The translations under genes were made by a program, and so were the position numbers. Positions 17,883 to 29,200 of a DNA stretch of 64,000 nucleotides are shown one piece after another. How positions within the stretch are numbered: position 1 is the stretch's first letter; each line of letters starts with the position of its first letter. The stretch is taken from the IMG/VR virus record IMGVR_UViG_3300032288_004103; one strand, 5' to 3'. Under the pieces are notes generated by a model. That model was not told the DNA's origin. It made no database searches and saw only the letters and a list, made by a program, of their open reading frames with translations. This stretch comes from an uncultured virus (IMG/VR IMGVR_UViG_3300032288_004103). Lineage: Duplodnaviria; Heunggongvirae; Uroviricota; Caudoviricetes.

Positions 17883-20738
17883 ATGGCATCAACAGACAGA
17901 ATTTTTGTGAGTCCTGGAGTGTTCACTTCAGAAAAAGACTTAACATTCGTAACTAGACAAGTTGGGGTTACTACGTTGGGATTATTGGGTGAGACACCTA
18001 AAGGACCAGCTTTCGAACCAGTTTTCATTTCTAATTACGATGAATTTATTAGTTACTTTGGTGGATTAAATCCCGAAAAATTTAAAGCCAATGGTTTCAA
18101 TAAATATGAACTTAATTACATAGCAAAATCTTATTTAACACAAACAAATCAACTTTATGTGAGTAGAGTATTAGGTTTGTCAGGTTATAAAGCAGGTAAT
18201 GCGTGGTGTATCACTTTGGATTCTTCAGAAGATCCTTCCACAACGGGTATTACAAATACAACATCATATCCAGTATTGTTAACTTATTCAGCTAGTAGCG
18301 TTAACGGAATTCCTACTTCATTAACATTTAATGACGCAAATTTAAACGCACTTTATAATGATGGACAAATTAATACTTTATTTAATAATATAGGTATTTT
18401 AAATACTGGAGGTACTATATCAATTACTTCACCTCTTTATGTAAAAACTGGATGTAACTTTAGTGGAGCAACTTTTGATATGACTGTTGTATCTAAAGGT
18501 AGTGGTGCAACTACTGGATTTGTAACTGGTACAACTAGTGGTACTGTCGTTAGTTATACCGCAAATTGTTACACAGATGTTGACGGTAGTGTTATAGCAA
18601 CATTAAGATCTAGAGGTTCTTACGATGGATTAGAGAATTTAACATACGATGTTACTGGTGTTACAGACACTTTAATGACTAATACTTCTAATTTACCATT
18701 AAATTCATTAGCTTCTTTTAATATTTCAGGTGTAACATATAATGGAGTTAATTTTAACTATGAAGTTTCTATGGATAGGACTAAAAAGAATTTCTTACCT
18801 AGAGTATTTGGTCAGTCTACACAAGATAAAGAAACTGAACTTTGGGTAGAAGAAATTTATACTAACGTATTAGAAGATTTAATTTCAGCTAAAAAAGTAA
18901 GAGGGTTAGATACTTCATTTGTTAATATAGGTTCAACAACAACAAATAATTTAAATAACTATTTAGAAGGTTGGAAAACTGCGGTATCTCCTTGGGTTCT
19001 TTCAGAATTAAAAGGTACGGGTGTGGGTAATACATTACAGAGATTATTTAGATTAGTAACAATATCTGATGGTAATGCGGCTAATCAAGACGTAAAATTT
19101 TCAATTTTAAACATCCAACCAGATAATAAAACTTTTGATTTAATCATTAGAAAATTTAATGATACTGATGCAAATCCTAATATTGTAGAGAAATTCTCTT
19201 CACTTTCTATGGATAGTAATTCAGTTGGATTTATAGCTAGAAAAATAGGTACTACAAACGGAGAATTCCCACTTAGAAGTAAATATGTTATGGTTGAATT
19301 GTGGGATGATACGGATCCAGATTTAGGTAACCATTTCCCTGCTGGTTTTGAGGGGGTTCTTAATAGAACATATATTGGTTCTAATAGAACTGCTCTACCA
19401 CCAAAAATTGAATATAAAACTAAATATACCGATTTTAATACATCTAAATTGAGAAAAACTTATTTAGGTTTAAATAGTGAGATTGGTGTGGATCAAGATT
19501 TCTTTAATTATATGGGGGTAAATGCAGTTAATAATGGTGAATACACAGGAAAAACTGCAGGTTTCCACTTAGATAAAAATGCACAAGGTGCTATGATAGA
19601 ATTAGGTAGTAATAGTTATGTTCCTACATTACAAGTTGGTGTTTCAGCATTTACTACTGACGCAGGATTAATAAATGGTCCATATGAAAAATTATCAGCT
19701 CGTAAATTCACTTTTGCACCTTACGGTGGATGGGATGGATGGGACGAATATAGGACTAAAAGAACTAATGGTGATAGTTATACTAAAAATGGAACTAAAG
19801 GTTCTTTAGGTACTTCTAAAGGTTTATTTAATACATTTGTAACAACTGAAGGTGATGATGGTATCACTTCTGACTATTACGCATACTTAAATGGTATATA
19901 TACATTTAATAATCCTGAGGCGGTTAATATAAATGTATTTGCAACACCAGGTATAGATTTAAGGGATAACATAAGTTTAATTGAAAATGCGGTTGACGTT
20001 ATTGAAACGGATAGAGCGGATTCACTTTATATTGTAACAACTCCTGACGTTGATGCGGATGGTGTAGTATTAACTCCTGGTGAGGCAGTAGATATTGTTG
20101 AGGATTCTGGAATTGATTCTAACTATTCTGCCACATATTGGCCTTGGTTACAAATGAATGATACTGAAAACAATAGATACGTTTGGTTACCTCCTACAGT
20201 TGAGGTTGTTAGAAACATCGCTTTAACAGATAATGTTGCTTTCCCTTGGTTCGCAGCAGCAGGTTTAAACAGAGGTACAACAACAGCAATAAAAGCTAGA
20301 GTTAAACTTAAATTAGATGATAGAGATGATTTATATGAGGGAAGAATTAACCCTATGGCAACTTTCTCTGATGTAGGTGTAGTTATTTTTGGTAATAAAA
20401 CATTACAAGTTAAAGAAACCGCACTTAATAGAATTAATGTTAGAAGATTGTTGTTACAAGCTAGAAAACTTATTTCAGCAGTATCAATCAGACTATTATT
20501 TGAACAAAATGATGACGTTGTAAGAAATCAGTTCTTAAGCTTAGTTAACCCAATATTAGATAATATTAGAAAAGAAAGAGGTTTAACAGACTTTAGAGTA
20601 ACATTAGATGATACTCCAGAATCTATCGATAGAAATGAATTAAATGGTAGAATCTTTATTAAACCTACAAGGTCGTTAGAATTTATTTCAATAGAATTTA
20701 ACATTACTAACACAGGAGCAAGTTTTGACGATATTTAA
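17883..20738 (+). CDS. gp18: Tail sheath protein
   Basis: VSPGVFTSEKD N-terminus; PWFAAAGLNRG, LYEGRINP, GNKTLQ, RINVRRLL, FEQND, IKPTRSLEFI. Confidence 0.95.
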   Translation: MASTDRIFVSPGVFTSEKDLTFVTRQVGVTTLGLLGETPKGPAFEPVFISNYDEFISYFGGLNPEKFKANGFNKYELNYIAKSYLTQTNQLYVSRVLGLSGYKAGNAWCITLDSSEDPSTTGITNTTSYPVLLTYSASSVNGIPTSLTFNDANLNALYNDGQINTLFNNIGILNTGGTISITSPLYVKTGCNFSGATFDMTVVSKGSGATTGFVTGTTSGTVVSYTANCYTDVDGSVIATLRSRGSYDGLENLTYDVTGVTDTLMTNTSNLPLNSLASFNISGVTYNGVNFNYEVSMDRTKKNFLPRVFGQSTQDKETELWVEEIYTNVLEDLISAKKVRGLDTSFVNIGSTTTNNLNNYLEGWKTAVSPWVLSELKGTGVGNTLQRLFRLVTISDGNAANQDVKFSILNIQPDNKTFDLIIRKFNDTDANPNIVEKFSSLSMDSNSVGFIARKIGTTNGEFPLRSKYVMVELWDDTDPDLGNHFPAGFEGVLNRTYIGSNRTALPPKIEYKTKYTDFNTSKLRKTYLGLNSEIGVDQDFFNYMGVNAVNNGEYTGKTAGFHLDKNAQGAMIELGSNSYVPTLQVGVSAFTTDAGLINGPYEKLSARKFTFAPYGGWDGWDEYRTKRTNGDSYTKNGTKGSLGTSKGLFNTFVTTEGDDGITSDYYAYLNGIYTFNNPEAVNINVFATPGIDLRDNISLIENAVDVIETDRADSLYIVTTPDVDADGVVLTPGEAVDIVEDSGIDSNYSATYWPWLQMNDTENNRYVWLPPTVEVVRNIALTDNVAFPWFAAAGLNRGTTTAIKARVKLKLDDRDDLYEGRINPMATFSDVGVVIFGNKTLQVKETALNRINVRRLLLQARKLISAVSIRLLFEQNDDVVRNQFLSLVNPILDNIRKERGLTDFRVTLDDTPESIDRNELNGRIFIKPTRSLEFISIEFNITNTGASFDDI

Positions 20739-20771
20739 TAATATAATAATAATAATTAAAAATAAAAAAAG

Positions 20772-21056
20772 ATGAAAATTAGAAAAAACGGGAAAACTAT
20801 TACTTTGTCTGAGACTGATATGAAAAGAATAGTAAAAAAATTATTAAAGGAAAATGAAGATCCTAAAAATGATTTAGTTGTATGTTGTAGTGAAGCAGGT
20901 ATTAAACCACCAGCATCTTGTTTAAGTGGTGACGCTGAAGAGTGTCTTAAAGAAGTTGGTAAAATGGTTATTAATGATCCATTTGGTGTAGGAACTAAAG
21001 CAATTGCAGCATTAAATTGTCTTAAAGATAAATCAAATTCACCAATTAAAAGTTAA
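20772..21056 (+). CDS. Small protein with LSETDMKRIVKKLLKE leader (putative head-internal)
   Basis: 94 aa with shared leader motif and 5 Cys. Confidence 0.6.
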   Translation: MKIRKNGKTITLSETDMKRIVKKLLKENEDPKNDLVVCCSEAGIKPPASCLSGDAEECLKEVGKMVINDPFGVGTKAIAALNCLKDKSNSPIKS

Positions 21057-21061
21057 ATATT

Positions 21062-21424
21062 ATGAAAAAAAGAGTAGTTAGATTAACAGAATCAGATTTA
21101 AGAAGAATCGTAAGACGAGTTATTAAAGAAGATATGGGTGGTATGGACGATAGAGGGGAGTATGACCCTAGATTTTATGCACCATCTCCTGATTATGAAG
21201 AAGGCGAAGAGTGGGGTGAAAAGGAATATGACCCTAGATTTGATGCACCATCCCCTGATTATGAAGAAGACGATGACGATTATAGTGGATTGAAAGATGT
21301 TCATCGTAAATGGTATGATCAAAATATGGGAAAACATAGGGAAGACTCAGAATTTGGAGGGGAGAGACAAAGAAGGTTAAGAAATAGAATGCCTGAAAGT
21401 TATAAAAAATTCAGAAGAAGATAA
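21062..21424 (+). CDS. Small acidic protein with LTESDLRRIVRRVIKE leader (putative head-internal)
   Basis: 120 aa; internal duplication EYDPRF[YD]APSPDYEE. Confidence 0.65.
   Translation: MKKRVVRLTESDLRRIVRRVIKEDMGGMDDRGEYDPRFYAPSPDYEEGEEWGEKEYDPRFDAPSPDYEEDDDDYSGLKDVHRKWYDQNMGKHREDSEFGGERQRRLRNRMPESYKKFRRR
21158..21269 (+). repeat. 46-bp near-identical direct repeat, 66 bp apart
   Basis: Copies at 21158-21203 and 21224-21269. Confidence 0.9.
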
Positions 21425-21447
21425 TATCTTTTTTTTAGACAAAAAAT

Positions 21448-21472
21448 AATCCCGTCATTGGCGGGATTTTTT
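21448..21472 (+). terminator. Rho-independent terminator
   Basis: Hairpin AATCCCG-TCATTGG-CGGGATT followed by a T run. Confidence 0.8.
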
Positions 21473-21496
21473 ATTTTATGTTAAATATTTATTTAT

Positions 21497-24400
21497 ATGA
21501 AATTGTCACTTTCACAAACGGAAAAAAACAAATTAAAATATTTTTTAAACAAAAAAACAATTTTATCTGAACAAAAATGGTTAGATGATGTAATTGCCGC
21601 AGCTAAAAATGTTAATACCTCATTAATAAAAAATACTGACGTTTTACCATCATTTAATTTTACAAAAAACTTAGATGAACTTAGTACCAAATTTAAAATT
21701 ATAAATGATAATTTAAATTTAAAAAAATTGTTTAAACTTGACGAAATCAATAATAGTAAAAAAATATGGAAAGATACAATTAGTGATTATACAAAATATA
21801 TTTTTAGTAATTCCGATTTAAATGTTGATACTTTAACTAAATACGTAACTAATGAAATTACCGATTTACCTAATGATGTATTAAAAAAATTAACTGATAA
21901 TCAAATATCTATAATATCAGTTTTAAAGGCACAAGATGAAGTTTTTAATTTAGAAATAGATAATACTATAATACAATATAAAAAGTTATTAGATGAAAAA
22001 GTTAAAAAATTTAAAGAAATACATGGGGAAGAAAAATATAAAGAAATATTTGATAATTTAAAAAATAAAAAAATAACATCTGAAGAATTTTTTATAGAGT
22101 TGGATAAGTTAACTCCAGAAAAAAAATCAGTAGAACAAGTTGCTGGAGTAAAATTATCTGATATCCCTAAAGATGAATATGATATTATAGATGCTTCATT
22201 AAAAAAATATGGTTTAGATAAGGATTGGGGTTTTGATTCCAATACTGGTGAACCTGTTTACGTTACATTAAATATTAATGGTGAAAATGTAAAATTTACA
22301 CTAAATAAACAAGGTCCTGAACAGTTTAATAATACAAAAATTAATGATGATGGATTAGAGAATCTATTTAGAGATGAATACGAAAAAACTTTCCCTATCG
22401 CCAATCATATGTATCCACCAAATGTAAGTGGTAATAGACCATATATTTTAGATTGGATTAAATCTGAAAAAATTTTAAAGGATCCTGATTTAAGAAAAAA
22501 ATATGTTTATAGATATGATGTACCTTTGGGTGTTAGGATGTATGCTGATGATGTACAAGGTAATTGGGGTCAGTGGGTAATAATTAATCCTGACGCAATA
22601 AGTAATTACAGAAAACCAAAAAATTTAGAAGAATTAAAAGACAGTATTTTTCATGTGATTTATCATGAATTAACACACGTTGTTCAAAAAGTAAGTAATC
22701 AAAGTTATGCGACATATAAAAGTGGAGGGTTCCAAAGTGGGAAAGAAGCTTGGGGTTATTTAACAGGTAAAAGAACTAAATATTATTATAAAAATGAAGT
22801 AATACCAGGTGAAAAACCATCAGTTCATTTTTGGGATTGGTGGCATTCGGATGAAAATAATGTTGAGACATTAATACGAAAATTTGGTGTGGAAAAAAAT
22901 ATAGATACCAGTAAAGATTATTCTTGGAGGGATGATTTTGAGGAATGGGCATTACAAAATAATGAAGTACCAGAAAAATTTATAATTCAACCAAAAGGAC
23001 AAACTGTTAGTAATGCTAATATAATTAATATGTATGGTGACGATGTTAAAACTAGAGTATTAAGGTGGTTTATAAAAGATTGGGAAAATGTTAATGATAA
23101 TTATAAAAATATAAAAACAAAAACTGAAGGATTAAGTGATGAAAAACTTTTACAATTTATTAATAATAATATAGATATTGAGGAAGTAGATAATATTGTC
23201 AAAAAAGTTGCGGAAGAATTATCTTATTGGAGTCATGTTAAAGAAATTGAAGCAGAATTTGCTGCCAACATTAAAAGTTTGATGGAATTAGGCACATTAG
23301 AAAAAAATAAAGGATTTGCAACTTTTTTAGTGGATTATCTTAGAGGTACTAATAAATCTGAAAAGTTAGCAGGAATTAATGTAGAAAAGGCAAGGTATGA
23401 AAATAATTTAGACTTGAGTAAAATAAATCCTAATACTAAGAATCTTGATGATAATAGTAATATTTTAAAAAATTTCTTTAAAAAATTTATAGATTTATTT
23501 TTAAAAAAGAATGTAAATGATGAGGTAAAATTACAAAAAGAATTAAATAGTGTAGATGGTTGGGTTAATAATATACCTAAAGATTTTTTTACTGTATTAT
23601 CTAAATTAGAACAGAATTGGAAAAATGTATATCCAGAACAAGCGAAGAAACTTGAAAAAGATTTATATAGACAAGCATATGAATTAATTTCTAAAGGTTA
23701 TCCAGCACTTTTACCATTTATAATGTCAGGATTAGATGATGTAGAAGAAGAAAATAAAGAGGAAGTTAAAAATGAATCGATTATTTATAAAAAACATTAC
23801 TTAGTAGAATCATTTAGAAAGGCTTACTCATTTGATTGGGACGATAATATCCTTAAAATGTCTACAAGAATACATTTAGAATATAGTGTAAATGGTTTAA
23901 TGTGGGTACCAGTTTCAGTATCAACAGAACAATTTAGAAGTGTTAGAGATAAAATAGGTAAAGAATTTAGATATGTGGGTAATAACATTTTAAATTCTTT
24001 TAAAGATTTTAGAGATTATAATGCGTTTATAAAGGATGTAGAGCAAGCAGTCAGATATAATCAATTTGGTCCTAGTTATAATGATTTTAAAGAGGCATTA
24101 ATTAGTGGTAGTGATTTTTCTATTATTACTGCGAGATCTAATTCACCACAAGCGATTAAAGATGGTATTAAAATTTTAATAAATAAAACTTTTACTAATT
24201 CAGAAATAAAAGAAATGGAAAATAATCTAAATGGAGTTTCAATAGATGATTATTTAACTCTACAAGATTATCACCCAGTATCATCTGAAGAATTTTTAAA
24301 TAAGTTTGGTTTAGATGTAAGTAGTACAAAACCAGAAAAAGGTAAGGAAATTGCGTTTAAAGATTTTGTTAATAGGGTAATTAAACAAATAGAAAAAATA

Positions 24401-24586
24401 AAAGATGATCCTAATTTTGAGGGTATTAGTGTAGGATATAGTGATGATGATGTTAGTAATGTTAAGACAATTGAAGAATTAATAAAAAATGAATTACAAA
24501 AATTATATCCACAAATTAATTTTATTGTTTACGATACTTCCGATTCTAAAAACCCAAAAAAGAAAAGAATTGTTATAAAAAAATAA
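21497..24586 (+). CDS. Multidomain protein: leader, helical N-domain, zincin (HExxH) metallopeptidase, C-terminal HAD-like phosphatase
   Basis: HELTH at 22664-22678 with downstream EIEAE; FDWDDNIL at 23831, IITAR and GYSDDD are HAD motifs I, II and IV. Confidence 0.65.
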   Translation: MKLSLSQTEKNKLKYFLNKKTILSEQKWLDDVIAAAKNVNTSLIKNTDVLPSFNFTKNLDELSTKFKIINDNLNLKKLFKLDEINNSKKIWKDTISDYTKYIFSNSDLNVDTLTKYVTNEITDLPNDVLKKLTDNQISIISVLKAQDEVFNLEIDNTIIQYKKLLDEKVKKFKEIHGEEKYKEIFDNLKNKKITSEEFFIELDKLTPEKKSVEQVAGVKLSDIPKDEYDIIDASLKKYGLDKDWGFDSNTGEPVYVTLNINGENVKFTLNKQGPEQFNNTKINDDGLENLFRDEYEKTFPIANHMYPPNVSGNRPYILDWIKSEKILKDPDLRKKYVYRYDVPLGVRMYADDVQGNWGQWVIINPDAISNYRKPKNLEELKDSIFHVIYHELTHVVQKVSNQSYATYKSGGFQSGKEAWGYLTGKRTKYYYKNEVIPGEKPSVHFWDWWHSDENNVETLIRKFGVEKNIDTSKDYSWRDDFEEWALQNNEVPEKFIIQPKGQTVSNANIINMYGDDVKTRVLRWFIKDWENVNDNYKNIKTKTEGLSDEKLLQFINNNIDIEEVDNIVKKVAEELSYWSHVKEIEAEFAANIKSLMELGTLEKNKGFATFLVDYLRGTNKSEKLAGINVEKARYENNLDLSKINPNTKNLDDNSNILKNFFKKFIDLFLKKNVNDEVKLQKELNSVDGWVNNIPKDFFTVLSKLEQNWKNVYPEQAKKLEKDLYRQAYELISKGYPALLPFIMSGLDDVEEENKEEVKNESIIYKKHYLVESFRKAYSFDWDDNILKMSTRIHLEYSVNGLMWVPVSVSTEQFRSVRDKIGKEFRYVGNNILNSFKDFRDYNAFIKDVEQAVRYNQFGPSYNDFKEALISGSDFSIITARSNSPQAIKDGIKILINKTFTNSEIKEMENNLNGVSIDDYLTLQDYHPVSSEEFLNKFGLDVSSTKPEKGKEIAFKDFVNRVIKQIEKIKDDPNFEGISVGYSDDDVSNVKTIEELIKNELQKLYPQINFIVYDTSDSKNPKKKRIVIKK

Positions 24587-24656
24587 ATTTTTTTAAAAAC
24601 ATAATATTTATATATAAATAATACAACTAATAAAAGAAAATTAAAAAAAAATTAAG

Positions 24657-25145
24657 ATGGCTGATTTATTAATGAGAATGCCTGTTCCTTACGAACCGCT
24701 AAGAAAGAATAGGTTTATTTTGAGATTTCCAGATGAATTGGGAATTCAAGAATGGTGGGTATCTACAACAAGCCGACCAAAATATACGAGTCAAGAGGTA
24801 GAAATACCTTTCCTAAATACATCTACTTATGTAATTGGTAGATTTAACTGGGAATCTATTTCTGTAACATTTAGAGACCCAATAGGACCTTCGGCAACAC
24901 AAGCTTTGATGGAGTGGGTTCGTTTACACTCTGAATCAGTTACAGGTAGACAAGGATATGCAGCGGGATATAAAAAAGATGTAGAATTAGAAATGTTAGA
25001 CCCAACAGGAGTTGTTGTTCAAAAATGGATTTTACAAGGTACACAACTTAATGATGTTGACTTTGGTTCATTAGATTATTCATCTTCTGACTTAGCTGAT
25101 ATTACAGCAACACTTCGTTTCGATAGAGCAATCAATGTATTCTAA
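24657..25145 (+). CDS. gp19: Tail tube protein
   Basis: EPLRKNRF, RPK..EIPFLN, WESISVTFRD, LDYSSSD..ITATLRFD. Confidence 0.9.
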   Translation: MADLLMRMPVPYEPLRKNRFILRFPDELGIQEWWVSTTSRPKYTSQEVEIPFLNTSTYVIGRFNWESISVTFRDPIGPSATQALMEWVRLHSESVTGRQGYAAGYKKDVELEMLDPTGVVVQKWILQGTQLNDVDFGSLDYSSSDLADITATLRFDRAINVF

Positions 25146-25168
25146 TTAAAAACTTTACAATTTTTAAT

Positions 25169-25196
25169 AATCCCACTCAAAAGGTGGGATTTTTTT
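25169..25196 (+). terminator. Rho-independent terminator
   Basis: AATCCCAC-TCAAAAG-GTGGGATT followed by a T run after the tube gene. Confidence 0.8.
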
Positions 25197-25246
25197 ATTT
25201 TTACTAATATTTATTTGTAAGAATAATTATATAAAATTAAAAAGAA

Positions 25247-26191
25247 ATGAGAAACAATATTTTAAACCTAAAAGAAGAAATTTTAAGAATTAAATCTTTA
25301 TTTACTGAAGAGAGAATGTTTGGTAATTTAGTTGAGGATGATCCAGGATGTCAATGCGATGATCCAAAAAAGGAAAAGTATGGAAAATATAATCCAACGA
25401 CTAGTCAATGTGATCCTAAACTATGTGAAAATAAAGATAAAGATGGTAAAAATGTACCCGCACCTTTAGCAGATAAAGCTAAAAATATGAATTTTAAAAC
25501 TAAAGCAGATGCTCAAGGAGAAAAAGAGGAAATGAAAGCAGATTATCAAGAAAAGAAAACTGATTATAAATTAGATGAAAAGAGTTGTAAAGATCATTTA
25601 AAATATATGATAAAAGGTACTAGATCTGGAAAAACAAAAGAAATGTATCAAAAGACGGCAAATAAAAATGGTGGTACCGATATGGATGTTTTTGTATGGT
25701 GCATGAAAAATCATTCAGATAAATGGCAAAATAGAAACGATGGTAATTTACCTTGGCAAAAAACAGATGAAATTAGAAGATTATACGATACTTTAAGTTT
25801 ACCAATGCCTAAATGGTTATCCGCTAGAGCAGACGATGGTGAGACTAGTGACGATCAACAAATAACTAATGATTTTTATGATGAAGAAGGTGCAGAAGGT
25901 GGCGGAAGTGGAAGAATTGTAGTAAAAAATGATGCGGGTAGAAAAATAGCAATTATACATCGTAAAGGTACAGAAAATAAATGGACATTTAGAACACCAA
26001 TAAAATTAAAAAATGCAATACCATTAATAGATAAATCAGATAAAGGAAATATTAAATTTAGGGATACGTATGTAAATGATATATATAAAAGATTAAATAT
26101 TGATCCTAAAAAACAAAGAATAGTAATTCAAAAAGCAATCGAGACAGATGGATATGATCAAGGTACCTTTGTTTTAAAAAATTTAGAGTAA
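25247..26191 (+). CDS. Hypothetical protein with LKEEILRIKSLFTEERMFGNLVE leader
   Basis: 314 aa; leader recurs inside the next gene. Confidence 0.65.
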   Translation: MRNNILNLKEEILRIKSLFTEERMFGNLVEDDPGCQCDDPKKEKYGKYNPTTSQCDPKLCENKDKDGKNVPAPLADKAKNMNFKTKADAQGEKEEMKADYQEKKTDYKLDEKSCKDHLKYMIKGTRSGKTKEMYQKTANKNGGTDMDVFVWCMKNHSDKWQNRNDGNLPWQKTDEIRRLYDTLSLPMPKWLSARADDGETSDDQQITNDFYDEEGAEGGGSGRIVVKNDAGRKIAIIHRKGTENKWTFRTPIKLKNAIPLIDKSDKGNIKFRDTYVNDIYKRLNIDPKKQRIVIQKAIETDGYDQGTFVLKNLE

Positions 26192-26206
26192 AATAATTTA
26201 TTTATA

Positions 26207-29200
26207 ATGAAAAAAAAAATTTTCATAACAGAAAATCAGTATAAAAGAATTTTTTTAAATGAGGCTGATGTGAATCCTGTATGGAATCCCCATATACGTA
26301 TGTATACACATCCCGCTTATAGTGATTATGTAGATGTACCTAAACAATTTATTTATATAAAAAATTCACAAGGTAAATGGGTTCAAAAATATAGTGCGGT
26401 AGATACTTACGGAAAAAAACAAGATGTGAGTATAGATGATCCTGATGTTGCAAAAGAAAGGATGAAAGCTTATAATCAAGAAACATTTAAAAAATATATT
26501 AAAAATCAAACTGATGGAGATAAATTTAGAAAATGGGTTAATGATACTGAATTTCCAGAAAGACTTAAAAAAGTAAATTTAGCACTTAAATCTAATGGGT
26601 TAACAGGTGGATTTTCTATAAGTGGTCCATATGATAATAACTATATGGAAATCGCTTTCAATAGTATAGGACAATTTTATTTACTTGATTTAGATACAAA
26701 AGAAAAAGAAAAAAAAGAAGAATTAAAAATAGTAGGGCAAGACGTAAATAATTTTGTAGAATATAAATACTATTTAGAAGCTTTAAAAACTTGGAATTCT
26801 AGTAATAAAGTTTACGGTTGGAAATCAACTAAAAGTGTAAGTTCGGAAAATATAAAAAATTTTTTAGAGGGTAAAATTTCTGTATCAACTTGTATAGATC
26901 CAAAATATATTTTAGAAAAAATGGTTTTATTAAGAAATAAAATGATTTCCAATGCTATGGGTCAAAATAAAATGTCTTATGAAGATGCTAACGCATTATT
27001 AACAAGAAGAACTTTTGACGATAAATTAAAAAATTATTTTAAGGAAATAGTACTAACACCACCTATGAAATTACCTGAAATAAAACCACCTAGTTTATTT
27101 GATGACAATGGAGAACAAAAAATAGATTATACAGGAGGATTAGGTCATTCATATTTTAAAAGAGTGGAGTTAGCAAAAACAATACAATTAAAAAATCAAA
27201 AATCATATGAAAAGGCTACAAAAGACTATAACGCAGATAAAGAATTAAAAGCAATATTAGATAAATTAGGTACAGAATTTAAAGAATCATTAATAGATTA
27301 CAATACTTATGATGTTGTTTTAGAAAAAATAAATCTACATAATATAACTATATCTAACCAAACTGTAGAAAAATTAGAAAATGCTTGTGAAGATCCTGTT
27401 TACAATGTAAAATCATTTGAGGCTGGTTACGGGGCTAGTGGTGGAGGGGGATCATCAACAAATGTGGATGAAACTTTTAAATGGAGTGATGCTTGTAAAA
27501 ATAGTGGTGGAATTTTTATGTATCCACAACAAAATATTAACAAAACAAATGGACTAACACAAATGGGTATTATTGGTGGTAAAGTTAATTGTTGTTGTGT
27601 TAATCCTACAGGTAAATCTACTGTTACTGTAGATGGTGCGGAAGGTGATTATTCTGTAGAAATAGATATTAAAGAATGGTGTCAAAAAAGTAGTGGTGAT
27701 GTTAGAGGTGGATTAGAAAAATTTAGTCAATGGACTATAGATTGTTCTAATGATTGGCATTGTATTGCAGATATTGCTTCTATAGTATCTTTAGTATTTG
27801 GACCAGCAGGTTTAATAATAGGTGGGGTAATAGATTTAGTAAGTGCTATTGGATATGTAGTAGAACAAGATGAGGGGTGGAAATTAAACGCTGGTTTAAC
27901 AATATTAGGCGCATTTGGTGGTTTGGGTGAGGCTATCAGTTTATCTAAAGGAGGAATAAAATTTTCAAGTAAATTAGTTAATCTTTCTAAAGAATTAAAG
28001 TTAGTTGAAAACGATCCTATACTTACTAGAAAATTACTTAAAACATTTGCGGAAGGTTTATCTGAGGTAGAAAAAAAACAATTTAAAAATTTTGGTAAAG
28101 TGGCATTAAGTCAAGATATTTTATTAAAATTCGGTAAGGGGGGTGAGTTTTTAAATGAAGTAAACAAACTATCAAAATTAGAACAAGGGATTCTTAGTGA
28201 TATGTTAAAAAAAGAAACTCCTGAAGAAATACAAAAATTATTTAAAAAATCTGGTAAAGATTTACAAAAAACAGTTAATAGTTATTTTAAAGGGATAAAA
28301 CAAGTAGTAATTCAAGGTTCTTTATTTGCTGGAATGTATGTATATAGTGAAGAAATAGGTTTATTTTTAAAAGATTTAAACGATAAGTATGGTTTAGATC
28401 CTTTAGGTATATTTGATGGTAGTGGGAACATTAATGCTGAGGTAGATAAAAATAAAAATATTGATTTTACTAGAATTATTAGTAATAGTGATATAAAAAA
28501 TCTTTTAAAACCTGATGGATCAAATTCTGAGTTTAAAAGTAAATTTACTCAGGTAAGTGCCAACTATTATGAATTATATCTTCTATCTAGAAAAAAAATG
28601 ATAGATGATCAAGAAATATTAAATTTATTATCAAAATTAGATAAAACTATAAAAGATCATGTTTATGGTATAGGATTAAATTTAGAAAAATTCAGTCAAC
28701 CTTTAAATATAGGTGCAGAAGTTTGTAAAAAAATACAAGAAAATTTAAGTAAAGAAGAAATAAAAAAATTATTAAATGAAGCTATTATTTCTGTAAGTAG
28801 TTTACCTAAAACTAAAATAGATAACTCTACTAAAGAAATGATTTTAAAAACTAATAACCCTAATTTGAGTGATGATGAAGTATTAGATTTATTAGATTTA
28901 TTAGGTTCACCAGAGGATGTTAAAAAAGATGAAAATAATACACCTGAAAATCCACCACAAAAAGTTGATGAGAATATGAAAAAATTAAGCGAAGAATTAA
29001 AAAGAATGAAATCTCTATTTACAGATGAAAGATTATATGGTAATTTAGTAAATGAAGATTTTGCAACCGATACTAATGGAGACGGTAAAATTGACGAACC
29101 AGAAGCAGTTGAATTTTTAAGAGGTAAAGGTTATGTATTGAGAGCTAAAAGTGAAAGTGATGTCTGTTTGAGACCTGGAACACTTCTTAAAAGTTTCCAA

